64,000 bases of DNA from Myxococcota bacterium (GCA_023150835.1 JAKLKB010000033.1:2411-66410), one strand, 5' to 3'. Shown: positions 22,244 to 32,549, counted from the stretch's first letter. Numbers and translations: made by a program. The notes: generated by a model from the sequence alone, not told the origin.

Positions 22244-23188
22244 TTAAGGGAAGGGTTGGCGGAAGCTGGCACGAAACAGACTGGGGTCGACTTTCGGGAG
22301 TTCGGGGAGGACGGAGACGCGCTGGCTTTGGTAGAATACCGCACCATCGACGATGCCGTACACCCACAACGCTCCGAAGATCCCGAGCGCAGAGAACTGG
22401 ACGATCTGCCAAGCGAATGCGGCGTTGGCATCGGCGCTGGAGCGAAATTGTCCAGCACCCGGGCCGCTTTTGATCACCATCGCATCGACCACAAGGAAGC
22501 TGGCGACATTCATCGCCAATGCAACAACAGATCCTCCTGCGATCAACGAGGCTTTGAGCAGATGACCGTTCTCAAATTGCGGCACACCAAACGGCAGCGG
22601 GATCAAAAAGGGGTTTGCTTGTTTGATCTGGCGCGTGACACGCAGCACAAGCACTTGGTTTTGGATGTTTTTTTCAGGCGTTCGGCGGAGCAGAAAAGGG
22701 CGCTCACGCAAAACGTCTTGGCGCAGTTGCGTATAAAAGCGCACCAGATCAGGCGGATAGTAGGCTGGATCAAGGCTTTGCAAAAACGGATTGAACAAGA
22801 TGTATTCTTCGAGAAAGCGGCGGGCTTGTGTGAGGTAGGCTTTTCGGCGCGGATCCGTTGTGGGAAAGCGCTTGCGATCGGAAAAGTAGGCAAAACCTAA
22901 ATAACGACTGGCTTGGGCGCGTTGGGCGCGTGTACGCAGTTTGCCCGGGCGAGGAAATAGCAACGCCCGCAATTGTTTGATGGCTTTGGCCAGATCGCCG
23001 TATTCGTAAGAGTTGATCGCATCTTTGAGTTCGTCTTCAGGGGAGCGATCTTGGGCGTAAACAGGGGACTTGACCGAAACACCGAGAAGCCACACCAAAA
23101 AACAACCCAACAGCCAACGCGCCATCCTGTTGTGAGCCTTCGGTCTGATGGGTGTTTTTGCAACGATGTTGTGATCTTTCGGTTTCAT
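22244..23188 (-). CDS. Exported TPR-like/membrane hypothetical protein
   Basis: Signal peptide, YEYGDLAKA TPR-like helix, C-terminal hydrophobic segments with PFGVPQF. ATGA overlap with the kinase gene. Confidence 0.75.
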   Translation of the reverse strand: MKPKDHNIVAKTPIRPKAHNRMARWLLGCFLVWLLGVSVKSPVYAQDRSPEDELKDAINSYEYGDLAKAIKQLRALLFPRPGKLRTRAQRAQASRYLGFAYFSDRKRFPTTDPRRKAYLTQARRFLEEYILFNPFLQSLDPAYYPPDLVRFYTQLRQDVLRERPFLLRRTPEKNIQNQVLVLRVTRQIKQANPFLIPLPFGVPQFENGHLLKASLIAGGSVVALAMNVASFLVVDAMVIKSGPGAGQFRSSADANAAFAWQIVQFSALGIFGALWVYGIVDGAVFYQSQRVSVLPELPKVDPSLFRASFRQPFP

Positions 23189-25818
23189 GGGCGTTTTTGC
23201 AACCGAACGAGCAAAGGTGGGCTAGAAGGAGTAGGGAAGGCAGCACCTGCTTGAAAGGTGATCTGGCGCTGCCAAGGCACATAACCATCCCGACGCACCT
23301 CGATCTGGGCGATGCGCTGAGAGGAACGTTCTTCGGTGATCGGGATCTTAAAAACATAAGTGCCGGTCTCTACGGCCTTTTGAAACTCTCCCCAGAGTTC
23401 GCCGTCCACGCTGAGGGAGGTGGTGTGTTGTTGGCAGTCAAGGCAAACAAGCCGAAGCTGCGCTGCTTTCCAAGGAAGGCGTGTGCGAAATGTCGGCATC
23501 TCGGGTTCTTCCGACAGCTTTTGAAACGGAAGAGGCCGCCACCCGCGATCTTTTTGGGTGCTTTGCCAGATCATGCCTGTTGCGGGGACTCGAAGGTAGG
23601 TTTGAAAGGATTGGACGGCTTGGAGACCATCCACTTTGAGCAAGAGGATGACGCCTTGGTTGGGGGCAGAAGGTACCGAAAAAATATACTTTCGACCGCC
23701 TCCTTGGGGGGGGACGACAGGATCTCCGTCGAGATTGTAGATGCCGATGTGTTTGGCCCAAGGTAAGACCCAGACGCGCAAAGAACGGGGCGGTGTGGCG
23801 GCTGGCTTGGCTTGGTTGGCTTGCCGGACTTGGAGGCTGTGGGCGGTGGCTGCGAGCAGGCGGAGCTTTGGGCCAAGACGCCGCGCATCCGAAGTGGTCA
23901 GACGCCCCCACAACGTCGGCAGCGCAGCTTCTCCAAAATAGCGAACGGTGCGCAGATCGCGCCAGATACCGCGTTTTGCGCGTGTACTGTGGCGAACCGA
24001 TCCGCGTAGCGGGATGCGCAAATAACCGCGATAGGCCAGTTTTCCTTGTCCACCGAGGGCGCGGATCTCGATCAACCGCCCGTCATCAGGGGCAGAAGGA
24101 ACTTGGAACACAAAAGCAGCTTGTTGTCCTTGGTGAGGCACGAGCGGCTGGCCTGTTTCATCAAGCAACTCGACGGCATCTGCCCACGGACGAAAGATCA
24201 ATCGTATCCGAACGCTCGGATAGATGGGCAACACAGCAGGCGGTTGTGTGGTCAGACCCGAGGAGGCGACGAGACGAGTGCGTCGCAACGTGCGTTTGCT
24301 TTTGGTGCGTTGGATCTGCTTGCGGTGATCGGCGGTGAGGTGGAGAAGCGTTGGGGGTAAAGAGGGCGGTGGTTGCGGAGAGATCACGCGCACACGGCTC
24401 GGTTCGGTGGGGCGAGGCAAGAGGGTGGGGCGAGGCGAGAGGGCGGGGCGCGTGGAAAGAGACAACGCAGAGGGCGAGAGGGCGGGGCGCGTGGAAAGAG
24501 ACAACGCAGAAGGCGAGACGAGGACACGATGTTGGAGAGGGGATGTGCGGATGGAGGTCCACCAAAACCACGTTCCACCCGCGCAAGACAACAGAAGAAT
24601 GGCTGCCGTTGTCCAGAGCCAAGCAGAGCGCGGATACGAAGTGTGCGCAGAGAGGCTCCGTACCACCTGCAAGATATCGGGATCGCCGGGGCGCAAACCC
24701 AGCAAGCGATTGCACAGATCGAGGGCTGCGGCGATCCGCCCTTGGGATCGAAGGGAGCCGATGCGACTTTTGAGGTGCGCTTCGATCTGCTCTTGGAGTC
24801 GCAGCGCGGCTTCGCGTGGAGCGCAAAAGTAATCACGGATCAATCGCTGAGGGTCAGAGATCCCCGAACCTTCCAGATATCGTGTGATATCTTCGCGCAT
24901 CTTGGCGATCGATTCATAACGATCCGATGGATCGCGTGCCATCGCTTTGTGCAAGATCGCCGATAACTCCCGTCCCATCGCAGGTTTCAACATCTCAGGC
25001 TCGGGAAATTCGCACAGCGTGACAGCTTGTAAGATCGCCGCAGGACTGCTGCGGCCTCGCAAAAACGGGTGTTTCTGGCAAACCAAGCGATAAAGGATCA
25101 CACCCAAAGCAAAGATATCCGCACGATGATCTCCGAGCATCCCGTCTACTTGTTCGGGGGCCATATAAGCAGGCGAGCCCAGCACCGTCCCTGTGCGCGT
25201 CATCGACTCGCCATCCATCACCCGCGCCAAGCCAAAGTCTGTCAGTTTGATCTCGCCGTCTTCTTGGAGCATGACGTTTTCGGGCTTGAGATCCCGATGG
25301 ATGATCTGTTGTGCGTGAGCGTGTTCGAGTGCGGGGAGCAACGTCGCAAGCAACGCCACGCCGATCTCGCACAGCGGGAGTTCTTGCTCTTCGAGAAATT
25401 GTTGCAGCGTTCGCCCGCGAATGTACTCCATCACCAAAAAAGCAGGGGCGGTGGAAAAGGTCTCTTTGTTGCCCTTGCTGTCTTTGAGATCTTTGCTGTC
25501 TTTGTTTTCGGCGGATGGAGCGAGATTTGAGGCGGTGTCGCCAGAAAAGTCGAACACTTCGACGATCCCGGGGTGGCGGAGACGTGCGATGGCTTGGGCT
25601 TCGCGGCGGAAGCGCTCGCGGTGAGCGCGATCACGGGCAAGATGAGGATGCAGGATCTTGATGGCGACGTCGCGTTGGAGAAGCCGATCACGCCCTCGGT
25701 ACACCGTGGCCATGCCGCCTTGACCGATCTCGTCAAGCAGTTCGTAGCGCTCAGTCAGGGTGTGGGTGTGAAAGGGTGGAGATAACAATGTTCTTCCCCT
25801 TGTGTTAAGGCGGCCCAT
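23185..25818 (-). CDS. Membrane Ser/Thr protein kinase with duplicated extracytoplasmic domain
   Basis: GQGGMATVY, VAIK, HRDLKPEN, DFG and YMAPE motifs; one TM helix. Start uncertain. Confidence 0.92.
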   Translation of the reverse strand: MGRLNTRGRTLLSPPFHTHTLTERYELLDEIGQGGMATVYRGRDRLLQRDVAIKILHPHLARDRAHRERFRREAQAIARLRHPGIVEVFDFSGDTASNLAPSAENKDSKDLKDSKGNKETFSTAPAFLVMEYIRGRTLQQFLEEQELPLCEIGVALLATLLPALEHAHAQQIIHRDLKPENVMLQEDGEIKLTDFGLARVMDGESMTRTGTVLGSPAYMAPEQVDGMLGDHRADIFALGVILYRLVCQKHPFLRGRSSPAAILQAVTLCEFPEPEMLKPAMGRELSAILHKAMARDPSDRYESIAKMREDITRYLEGSGISDPQRLIRDYFCAPREAALRLQEQIEAHLKSRIGSLRSQGRIAAALDLCNRLLGLRPGDPDILQVVRSLSAHTSYPRSAWLWTTAAILLLSCAGGTWFWWTSIRTSPLQHRVLVSPSALSLSTRPALSPSALSLSTRPALSPRPTLLPRPTEPSRVRVISPQPPPSLPPTLLHLTADHRKQIQRTKSKRTLRRTRLVASSGLTTQPPAVLPIYPSVRIRLIFRPWADAVELLDETGQPLVPHQGQQAAFVFQVPSAPDDGRLIEIRALGGQGKLAYRGYLRIPLRGSVRHSTRAKRGIWRDLRTVRYFGEAALPTLWGRLTTSDARRLGPKLRLLAATAHSLQVRQANQAKPAATPPRSLRVWVLPWAKHIGIYNLDGDPVVPPQGGGRKYIFSVPSAPNQGVILLLKVDGLQAVQSFQTYLRVPATGMIWQSTQKDRGWRPLPFQKLSEEPEMPTFRTRLPWKAAQLRLVCLDCQQHTTSLSVDGELWGEFQKAVETGTYVFKIPITEERSSQRIAQIEVRRDGYVPWQRQITFQAGAAFPTPSSPPLLVRLQKRP

Positions 25819-26055
25819 CTTACAGGATGCCGTAGGGCCTCGCAAGTTCAGATTCTGTTCTTTCCCCTCTTTCCGCTGCGTGCGCTGCCTTGCTTGTTTC
25901 TGTTCGAGGTCTTGTTCTTGGCGCGCTAGGTTGCTTGGACGCAACATCAAGCCAAAAGCTTGCATGGCTTTGCGATGTCAACGCTGCGCCAGATCAAAAA
26001 AATTATCGGACCTTCTTGTGTTTTTGAGGCTTATTTTTTGGAGGCCTGTTTGATC

Positions 26056-28488
26056 ATGGACGCATCCAAGCTTTTTTGTTTTCGACGCATTCTGGGGATC
26101 TTGTTGCTTCTTGGGGGCGTGGGCGTATGGTTTTCTTTGTTGGCTTGTGACGATTATCTCGGTGGTAGCGAAACAAACACAGAGAAAACCGAGAGCGCCA
26201 CCGAAGCCAACCCACCCGAAGAACAGGCTAACCCACCCGAAGAACGCATCCAAAACCCCGAAGAACAGGCCAACCCACCCGAAGAACAGCCCCAATTCCC
26301 CGAAGATAGTGGAATCGAGCAAGGCCCCGAAGAGTCCGTCCTCACCGAGCCTCTTCCTGAAAAAGGACCCGCACAAGAGCGTTCTTGCGCTCGCACGATC
26401 CGCCTCGATACGCGCAAGTTGCCCGGGATGTGTGATGGCGCTTTACCCGATACCATCACTCGCGTCCAAGCTGCGGGCGAATTCAACGCTTGGAACAAAA
26501 CCGATCCGTTGTATGCCCTCCAAGATGCCGACAACGACGGTGTGTTTGAAGGATCGATCTCTCCCCCCGCTGGATCGCACGCTTACAAGTTCGTTTTGAA
26601 CGATAGCGTCTGGTGCATCGATCCCGGAAACCCACAAGAAAAATATGACAACAACATCCGAAACTCTTTGTTGTTAGTCGACGATTGCAAGATGCCTTCC
26701 TTGACATTGGAGCGCCTACACACACCCGCAGGAGCCAAAACGCTCGAAGCCGACGTGCGTTTCTGGCGAGGACAGGGCGGCGGAGACTTTGACAGCCGAT
26801 CCGTTTCGATCACCCTCAACGGTCAGCCTTATACCCAAGCAAGTGTACAGACTGACGGGACGATCCAGATCCGTATGCAAAATGCGGCTTTTGATCGCTA
26901 CACTTTCCGCATCGACGCCAAGGACAAAGACGGTAAAAGCGCAAAGCAGCTTTATTTTTATGGATGGGTCGAAGAAAAAGCCTTCGACTGGCGCGATGGG
27001 GTAATGTACTTCGCATTTGTCGATCGCTTTCACGACGGCGATCCCAAAAACAATGCACCTGTCAACAACATCGCCACACTCGCAAACTACCAAGGCGGCG
27101 ATCTCAAAGGAGTTCTCAACAAGATCCAAGACGGCTACTTTGCCTCGCTTGGTGTCAACGTGATCTGGCTTTCGCCTTTGTATGCAGGCCCAAACCAAGG
27201 AGAACTGGGGTTTGATGGGCGGCGATACAGCGGATATCACGGTTATTGGCCGACCGCTGCACGCAGCATCGAACCCCGCTTTGGAGACTGGGAGCTTTTG
27301 CGCCAAGTCGCACGCGCTGCTCACAAACAAGGCATCCGTCTTCTCGTCGACCTCGCCTCCAACCACGTCCACAGCCAACACCCCTACTTTCAAAACAACC
27401 CAAGCTGGTTCTTTCCCCGCGAGCTTTGCACCGATATCAATTGGAGCAAGCCGATCTCTTGCTGGTTTGATCAATTCCTTCCTGATATCGACTATCAAAA
27501 ATTTGATGCTGCCGCTGCAATGACCGCTGATACGGTGTTTTGGGCGCAAGAAGGCGAGCTCGATGGCTTCCGCGTCGACGCCGTCAAACACATGATCCAC
27601 CTATTCACCCGAAACGTTCGTGCTGCTCTTGAGCGCGAAGTCACACACCAACAACACCATTTCTATCTCGTCGGCGAGACCTTTACTGGCGCGTGGGATT
27701 CGGGCGGTGGGCAGATCATCAAGGATTATGTCAGCCCCGAAGAGCTTTCTGGGCAGTTTGACTTTCCGATCTTTTGGGAGTTTGTCGGCTTATTTGCGCG
27801 ACGCGAAGCCAGCTTCAATTTTTACCGACTGGACGGCGTGATCAAAGAAGTCATCGACAAAAATTATTACGGCAGCGCAAGCATCATGAGCAACTTTATC
27901 GGAAACCACGACGTTCCGCGCTTTGTCTCCCAAGCTGCGGGGCAGATCAGCAATATGTTCAGCGGTGATCGCGGTCGTGCGTGGGATTCCCCTCCCGCTC
28001 TCCCCCAAGACGCCACTCCCTTCAAACGCCTTCGCGTCGCCTTTACCCTATTGATGGGGCTTCCCGGTATCCCCTTGATCTATTATGGCGATGAAGTCGG
28101 ACTCCCGGGCGAAACCGATCCCGACAACCGCCGCATGATGCCTTGGAGCGGCTACTCCGCACAACAGCAAGCCACACTCGATCACCTGAAAAAAGTCGCC
28201 AGTCTACGTCGATCTCACCCCGCCCTCCGCTCTTATCAACGACAAACCTTGTTCGTCGACAATGAACGCTACGCCTACCTTCTCACCGCAGGAAAGCAAC
28301 GCATCATCGTTGCCTCCCGTCGTTCGGGCGATGCCACTCTTTCGATCCCCGTCCAAGGCATCGTCGCCGACGGAGCCTCTGTCCAAGACCTCCTCCGCCA
28401 AAGCAGCCTTTCCCCGCAAGGTGGACGCTTGGCCCTCCCGCTGGACGAAGACGACGCCACCTACCTCTTGCTCCCCGATCTCCCCTGA
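26056..28488 (+). CDS. GH13 alpha-amylase-family lipoprotein with CBM48-like N-domain
   Basis: Lipobox LLA-C, AGEFNAW, DRFHDGD, YHGYW, DGFRVDAVKH, VGE, NHD and IYYGDEVG. Confidence 0.93.
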   Translation: MDASKLFCFRRILGILLLLGGVGVWFSLLACDDYLGGSETNTEKTESATEANPPEEQANPPEERIQNPEEQANPPEEQPQFPEDSGIEQGPEESVLTEPLPEKGPAQERSCARTIRLDTRKLPGMCDGALPDTITRVQAAGEFNAWNKTDPLYALQDADNDGVFEGSISPPAGSHAYKFVLNDSVWCIDPGNPQEKYDNNIRNSLLLVDDCKMPSLTLERLHTPAGAKTLEADVRFWRGQGGGDFDSRSVSITLNGQPYTQASVQTDGTIQIRMQNAAFDRYTFRIDAKDKDGKSAKQLYFYGWVEEKAFDWRDGVMYFAFVDRFHDGDPKNNAPVNNIATLANYQGGDLKGVLNKIQDGYFASLGVNVIWLSPLYAGPNQGELGFDGRRYSGYHGYWPTAARSIEPRFGDWELLRQVARAAHKQGIRLLVDLASNHVHSQHPYFQNNPSWFFPRELCTDINWSKPISCWFDQFLPDIDYQKFDAAAAMTADTVFWAQEGELDGFRVDAVKHMIHLFTRNVRAALEREVTHQQHHFYLVGETFTGAWDSGGGQIIKDYVSPEELSGQFDFPIFWEFVGLFARREASFNFYRLDGVIKEVIDKNYYGSASIMSNFIGNHDVPRFVSQAAGQISNMFSGDRGRAWDSPPALPQDATPFKRLRVAFTLLMGLPGIPLIYYGDEVGLPGETDPDNRRMMPWSGYSAQQQATLDHLKKVASLRRSHPALRSYQRQTLFVDNERYAYLLTAGKQRIIVASRRSGDATLSIPVQGIVADGASVQDLLRQSSLSPQGGRLALPLDEDDATYLLLPDLP

Positions 28489-28718
28489 TCCTCCCCCCGC
28501 TGCGTACAACCCTGAGCCTTCGTCCTTGCTTCCCGATCTCCCCTGATCCACCCCCCGCTGCGTACAACCCTGAGCCTTCGTCCTTGCTTCCCGATCTCCC
28601 CTGATCCACCCCTCGCTGCGTACAACCCTGAGCCTTCGTCCTTGCTTCCCGATCTCCCCTGATCCACCCCTCGCTGCGTACAACCCCGAGCCTTCGTCCT
28701 TGCTTCCCGATCTCCCCT
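28467..28718. repeat. 58-bp tandem repeat, ~4.3 copies, starting inside the amylase 3' end
   Basis: Units start at 28467, 28525, 28583, 28641 and 28699. Confidence 0.92.
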
Positions 28719-28864
28719 CGCCCTCGCTCCCCCACACCACACCCAAACAACATGACACGGATGTCATGCTTTGAACTTCTCCCCTCCCTTTCCAACACCT
28801 CGCCGAAACCTCTCTCTTTCTTTAACTCTTTGTCTTTTCTTGCTTTCTTATAACCTATTTCAAA

Positions 28865-28879
28865 TGGAACACGATTTGC
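28865..28879 (+). promoter_or_regulatory. Sigma54 -24/-12 promoter motif
   Basis: TGGAACACGATTTGC has exact GG-N10-GC spacing and follows an AT-rich tract. Confidence 0.5.
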
Positions 28880-29009
28880 CCTACGGCCTTCTCGTCAAAA
28901 CAAAGCGTTGCATCGCTTGTTGCTCCTCGAAAGAAATGTTTGTTTTTTTCTTGTGTTCTTTTTTGTTTGCTTGTATCTCCTAGCCACTTTTGTTGAATCG
29001 CTTTTGTTT

Positions 29010-29126
29010 GTTGTGATGGTTTGTGTGTTTCTTGTGTTGTGATGGTTTGTGTGTTTCTTGTGTTGTGATGGTTTGTGTGTTTCTTGTGTTGTGATGGTTT
29101 GTGTGTTTCTTGTGTTGTGATGGTTT
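29010..29126. repeat. 26-bp GT-rich tandem repeat, ~4.5 copies
   Basis: Unit GTTGTGATGGTTTGTGTGTTTCTTGT; period 26. Confidence 0.92.
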
Positions 29127-29367
29127 ATGTTGGTTGTTTGGTTTGTGAGTTGTGTGTTTCTTGTGAGTGATGGATTCTTTTTTTGTTGATTTGGGTGTTT
29201 GTGCTTTTTGTTTGAGCCAATTGCCTATTTGAATGTTGTTTCTTTGTGACGTTGTTTTGTGTGTTGGATTTGTTCGGAAGCATCTTTGTTTTGGTAAGTG
29301 TTGTGTTTGTGTTTTTTTGAAAGAATATGTTGGTGACTTGTTCACCGCGTTGAAATGTGAGAGATCG

Positions 29368-29394
29368 GCCACGCAAATGCGTGGCTTTTTTTTT
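29368..29394 (+). terminator. Intrinsic terminator
   Basis: GCCACGC-AAAT-GCGTGGC hairpin followed by 9 T. Confidence 0.8.
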
Positions 29395-29498
29395 GTGCAT
29401 TTGCGGCTTTGTTGGAGTGCAGAAGCCCAAAGGGCGGCCAATGTAGGCGGTTGCAAAGAGAAGCGGCGCAGTAGACAAAACCCCCGTCATCGCGCACT

Positions 29499-29599
29499 TT
29501 CAAGCGGAGCCGCTGTGGGTTTGAAAAGCGTCAGATCGGTCCGCCAACACGGGGTCAAGGGGCGACAGTCCCTTGTGGGGAGTGGGGCAAAGCCCCACA
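29499..29599. repeat. Dispersed structured repeat family C, copy 1
   Basis: TTCAAGCGGAGC...CCGCCAACACGGGGTCAAGGGGCGACAGTCCCTTGTGGGG; homologue at 33515-33600. Confidence 0.7.
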
Positions 29600-29685
29600 A
29601 CATCTATCCAACAAGTGACACCTTTGCAAAGAGAAGGCTGCTGTAGCGTAGAGGCTGTTGTGGAGCTGCAAAAACAGGAGCGTGG

Positions 29686-30396
29686 GTGATGTGGAGCAAT
29701 GGGCATTGGGCGGCGTGGCGCAGGGCATGGTTGTGCGGGTTGTGGTTGTGGGTTGGGGGATGGCAGACGAGCGCAAAGGCGGAGACCAGTACAGCTTTTG
29801 GTGGCGCGTTGTTGCGAGGCGGTGAAGTGATCTTAGCGGGTGGAGTGGGGTTTCCAGAGGCTTTTTTTCATTTTGATTTTGCGAACTCTTCGCAGCTCAA
29901 TTTAGCGTTTCAAGCGCGGGTCAACTACAATCTGGGGCTGCCGTTTTTTGGGGGGTTTGGTTTTGTGAGCATCCCGATGCGGATCGGGATCGTGCAAGAT
30001 CCCAAGTTTTCTTTTGCGCTCAAGCTTGATCCCGGCGGATTCTTGGGCGGAAGTGGAAACGTCTTGCCGTTTCTTGCGGGAGTGCAGCTTGGGATCGGTG
30101 CGTTGTTTACGTTGCACGTCGTCGAGCGTTTCAATCTGAATTTTGGTGTCGAACTGCCGATGTTGTTGAGTTTTGATGTGGAGAATCGTTCTCGGGTGGT
30201 GGGTTTTCACCTTCCCATCGAGCTTTTGATCGGAGGGGAGGTCGAGATCAACGAGCGCCTTTCGTTGTTTGCGAATGTGAGCGGCGGGCCGTATCTGTAC
30301 GTCGGCAACTTGGCGCGGCGCTTAACTTTTGGCATCGGGGATGTGGTTGTCTCGGGTTCGTTTCGGTTTTTGGTTGGGGTGATCTGGCGGCGCTAG
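29686..30396 (+). CDS. Small outer-membrane beta-barrel-like hypothetical protein
   Basis: Signal peptide ending AKA; amphipathic Gly/aromatic-rich strands; AGGAG RBS. Confidence 0.7.
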   Translation: MMWSNGHWAAWRRAWLCGLWLWVGGWQTSAKAETSTAFGGALLRGGEVILAGGVGFPEAFFHFDFANSSQLNLAFQARVNYNLGLPFFGGFGFVSIPMRIGIVQDPKFSFALKLDPGGFLGGSGNVLPFLAGVQLGIGALFTLHVVERFNLNFGVELPMLLSFDVENRSRVVGFHLPIELLIGGEVEINERLSLFANVSGGPYLYVGNLARRLTFGIGDVVVSGSFRFLVGVIWRR

Positions 30397-30524
30397 ATCG
30401 GTGGGGTGGGTACCTGTTTTTTTGCATAGGTTGTAGTTAGGATGGGGGGCGTTGTTTGTGCGTGGGGGGGAACCCCACACAAACCATCCAACAAGTCCAT
30501 TCGACAAGCAAAAGGAGTGTGAGG

Positions 30525-32549
30525 ATGTTTGATTGGGCGTCACGTTTGCAGCGTATCCCTGCATCGCCGGGGGTGTACATCATGAAGGATCAAGAAGGAA
30601 AGATCCTGTACATCGGAAAGGCGAAGGAACTCAAGCGGCGGGTGCGTCAGTATTTTCAGGAGGGCGCAGATCCAAGGCCCTTTGTGCGGCGTTTGCCCGG
30701 TCTGTTGGGGGAGATCGATGTGTTGTTAACGCACACCGACAAAGAAGCGATGTTGTTGGAGGCGTCGTTGATCCAGCAGCATCAACCGCCTTTTAACATC
30801 CTTTTGAAGGAGGAGCAGCGTTATCTGTGTTTGCGTCTGGATCTTTCGCATGCCTACCCGCGCTTGCATGTGATCCGCCGTTCGACACGCGATCCTGCGC
30901 CGCGAGCAAGTGAGCGGATCTTTGGGCCGTACCTATCGGGGTTTGCGGTGCGGCAGACGATGGAGTTGATCGAGCGGCACTTTCGATTGAGGACGTGCAA
31001 TGATCAAGAGATGCGGAATCGTTCGCGGCCTTGCTTGGAATATCAGATCAAGCGCTGCGTGGGGCCGTGTTGTTTGCCTGTGGAAACATCGGAGTATCGG
31101 GAGCATGTGGACGAAGTGATCTTGTTTTTGGAAGGCAAGCATCACGAGTTGGTCGGGATGCTCAAGCAGCGGATGATACAGGCCGCCGAAGAGCGGCAAT
31201 ATGAGTTGGCGGCACGCTTTCGCGATCAGGTCGGAGCCATCGAGCAGATGATGGAAAAACAGCACGTCGCCAGCGAACAAGACCGCCAAGATCGAGATAT
31301 CTTCGGATTCTTTCGGTATCATCTACGGGTCGAGATCCAGTTGTTGACGGTGCGACGGGGCCATCTCTCGGGGGGACGGTCGTTTTCGTTTGATCAACAA
31401 GAGTTCGAGGACGAGGAGATCTTGGAGCGATTTTTGGGGGCCTACTACCTGCGGGCGGCGGTCGATATGCCGCACGAAGTGTTGTTGCCTTTTGCGATCG
31501 AAGCGCCCGAAACCTTGGCTGATCTCTTGAGCGAGCGGGTGGGGCGCTCTGTGACGGTCTCGACGCCCGAAGAAGGCCATGCTGCCGAACTGATCGCGAT
31601 GGCAAACAAAAATGCCGAACAAGGCTTTTTGGAAAGCCAAAAGACCGAAGATAGCTCGTTGTCGTTGTTGCAACGGTTGCAAGCGCGGTTGCGTTTGGCG
31701 CGGCTGCCGTATCGGATCGAGTGTGTGGACAACTCACATCTACAAGGCCGTCACGCGGTGTCTGCGATCGTGGTGTTTGAAGGCGGGTTCCCCAATCGCT
31801 ACGCTTACCGACGTTATCATCTCAAAGAGGCCGAAGGTGGCGACGACTTTGGAGCGATGAAAGAGATCTTGACCCGACGTTTTAAGCGCGGCATCGCGGA
31901 TGGCGATCTGCCCGATCTGATGGTGATCGACGGCGGGGTGGGGCAGCTAAAAATGGCTCTCACCGCACTCGAAGAATTGGGACTCGATGGTGTCGAAGTC
32001 GTTGCCATCGCCAAAAAGCGCCTCGCCAAAGCCGAAGCCCAAGGACGCGACGATCTGATGGAAGATCGGATCATCGTCCCCAGTCGCAAAAATGCCGTCC
32101 CTGTCAGGCTCCCACACCGTGAACTGTTCTTGATCTCCCAGATCCGTGATGAAGCCCATGCCACCGCCATCGCATTCCATCAAAAGACCCGTGACCGCGA
32201 CCAATTGCGCTCCGTACTCGACGAGATCCCTCACGTCGGACCCGCCCGCAAACAAGCCCTGCTCAAAGCCTTCAAAAGCCCCAAGCGTGTCGCCCAAGCC
32301 TCTCTCCAAGAACTCCTTAAGGTTCCCGGGATCACCGAAACTGTCGCCTTGTCCATCCAAGATTTTTTTCGTGAGCATCCGAAATACACCGAAGAAGAGT
32401 CCACAGAAGGCACAGAAAGCACAGAAGGCACAGAAGGCACAGAAGGCACAGAAGGCACAGAAGGCACAGAAGGCACAGAAGGCACAGAAGGGGATGAGGA
32501 TATCGAGGCAGAAGAGGCAGGGGGGCGCACTACGAGAGCGGAGGGATAG
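30525..32549 (+). CDS. uvrC: Excinuclease ABC subunit C
   Basis: GIY-YIG (PGVYIM...YIGKAK), UVR domain (AARFRDQ), RIECVDNSH, IDGGVGQ, RDEAH, HhH. Acidic (TEG)n tail. Confidence 0.96.
   Translation: MFDWASRLQRIPASPGVYIMKDQEGKILYIGKAKELKRRVRQYFQEGADPRPFVRRLPGLLGEIDVLLTHTDKEAMLLEASLIQQHQPPFNILLKEEQRYLCLRLDLSHAYPRLHVIRRSTRDPAPRASERIFGPYLSGFAVRQTMELIERHFRLRTCNDQEMRNRSRPCLEYQIKRCVGPCCLPVETSEYREHVDEVILFLEGKHHELVGMLKQRMIQAAEERQYELAARFRDQVGAIEQMMEKQHVASEQDRQDRDIFGFFRYHLRVEIQLLTVRRGHLSGGRSFSFDQQEFEDEEILERFLGAYYLRAAVDMPHEVLLPFAIEAPETLADLLSERVGRSVTVSTPEEGHAAELIAMANKNAEQGFLESQKTEDSSLSLLQRLQARLRLARLPYRIECVDNSHLQGRHAVSAIVVFEGGFPNRYAYRRYHLKEAEGGDDFGAMKEILTRRFKRGIADGDLPDLMVIDGGVGQLKMALTALEELGLDGVEVVAIAKKRLAKAEAQGRDDLMEDRIIVPSRKNAVPVRLPHRELFLISQIRDEAHATAIAFHQKTRDRDQLRSVLDEIPHVGPARKQALLKAFKSPKRVAQASLQELLKVPGITETVALSIQDFFREHPKYTEEESTEGTESTEGTEGTEGTEGTEGTEGTEGTEGDEDIEAEEAGGRTTRAEG
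32400..32491 (+). repeat. 9-bp tandem repeat (ACAGAAGGC, TEG), about 10 copies, in the uvrC 3' end
   Basis: Visible in DNA and protein. Confidence 0.9.

Noticed and set aside
28204..28798. Repetitive minus-strand ORFs
   Set aside because: Translations of the 58-bp tandem repeat.
28980..29490. His/Lys/Thr/Asn-rich minus-strand ORFs
   Set aside because: They follow from the GT-biased composition; the 26-bp repeat is not a multiple of 3 and there is no good RBS.
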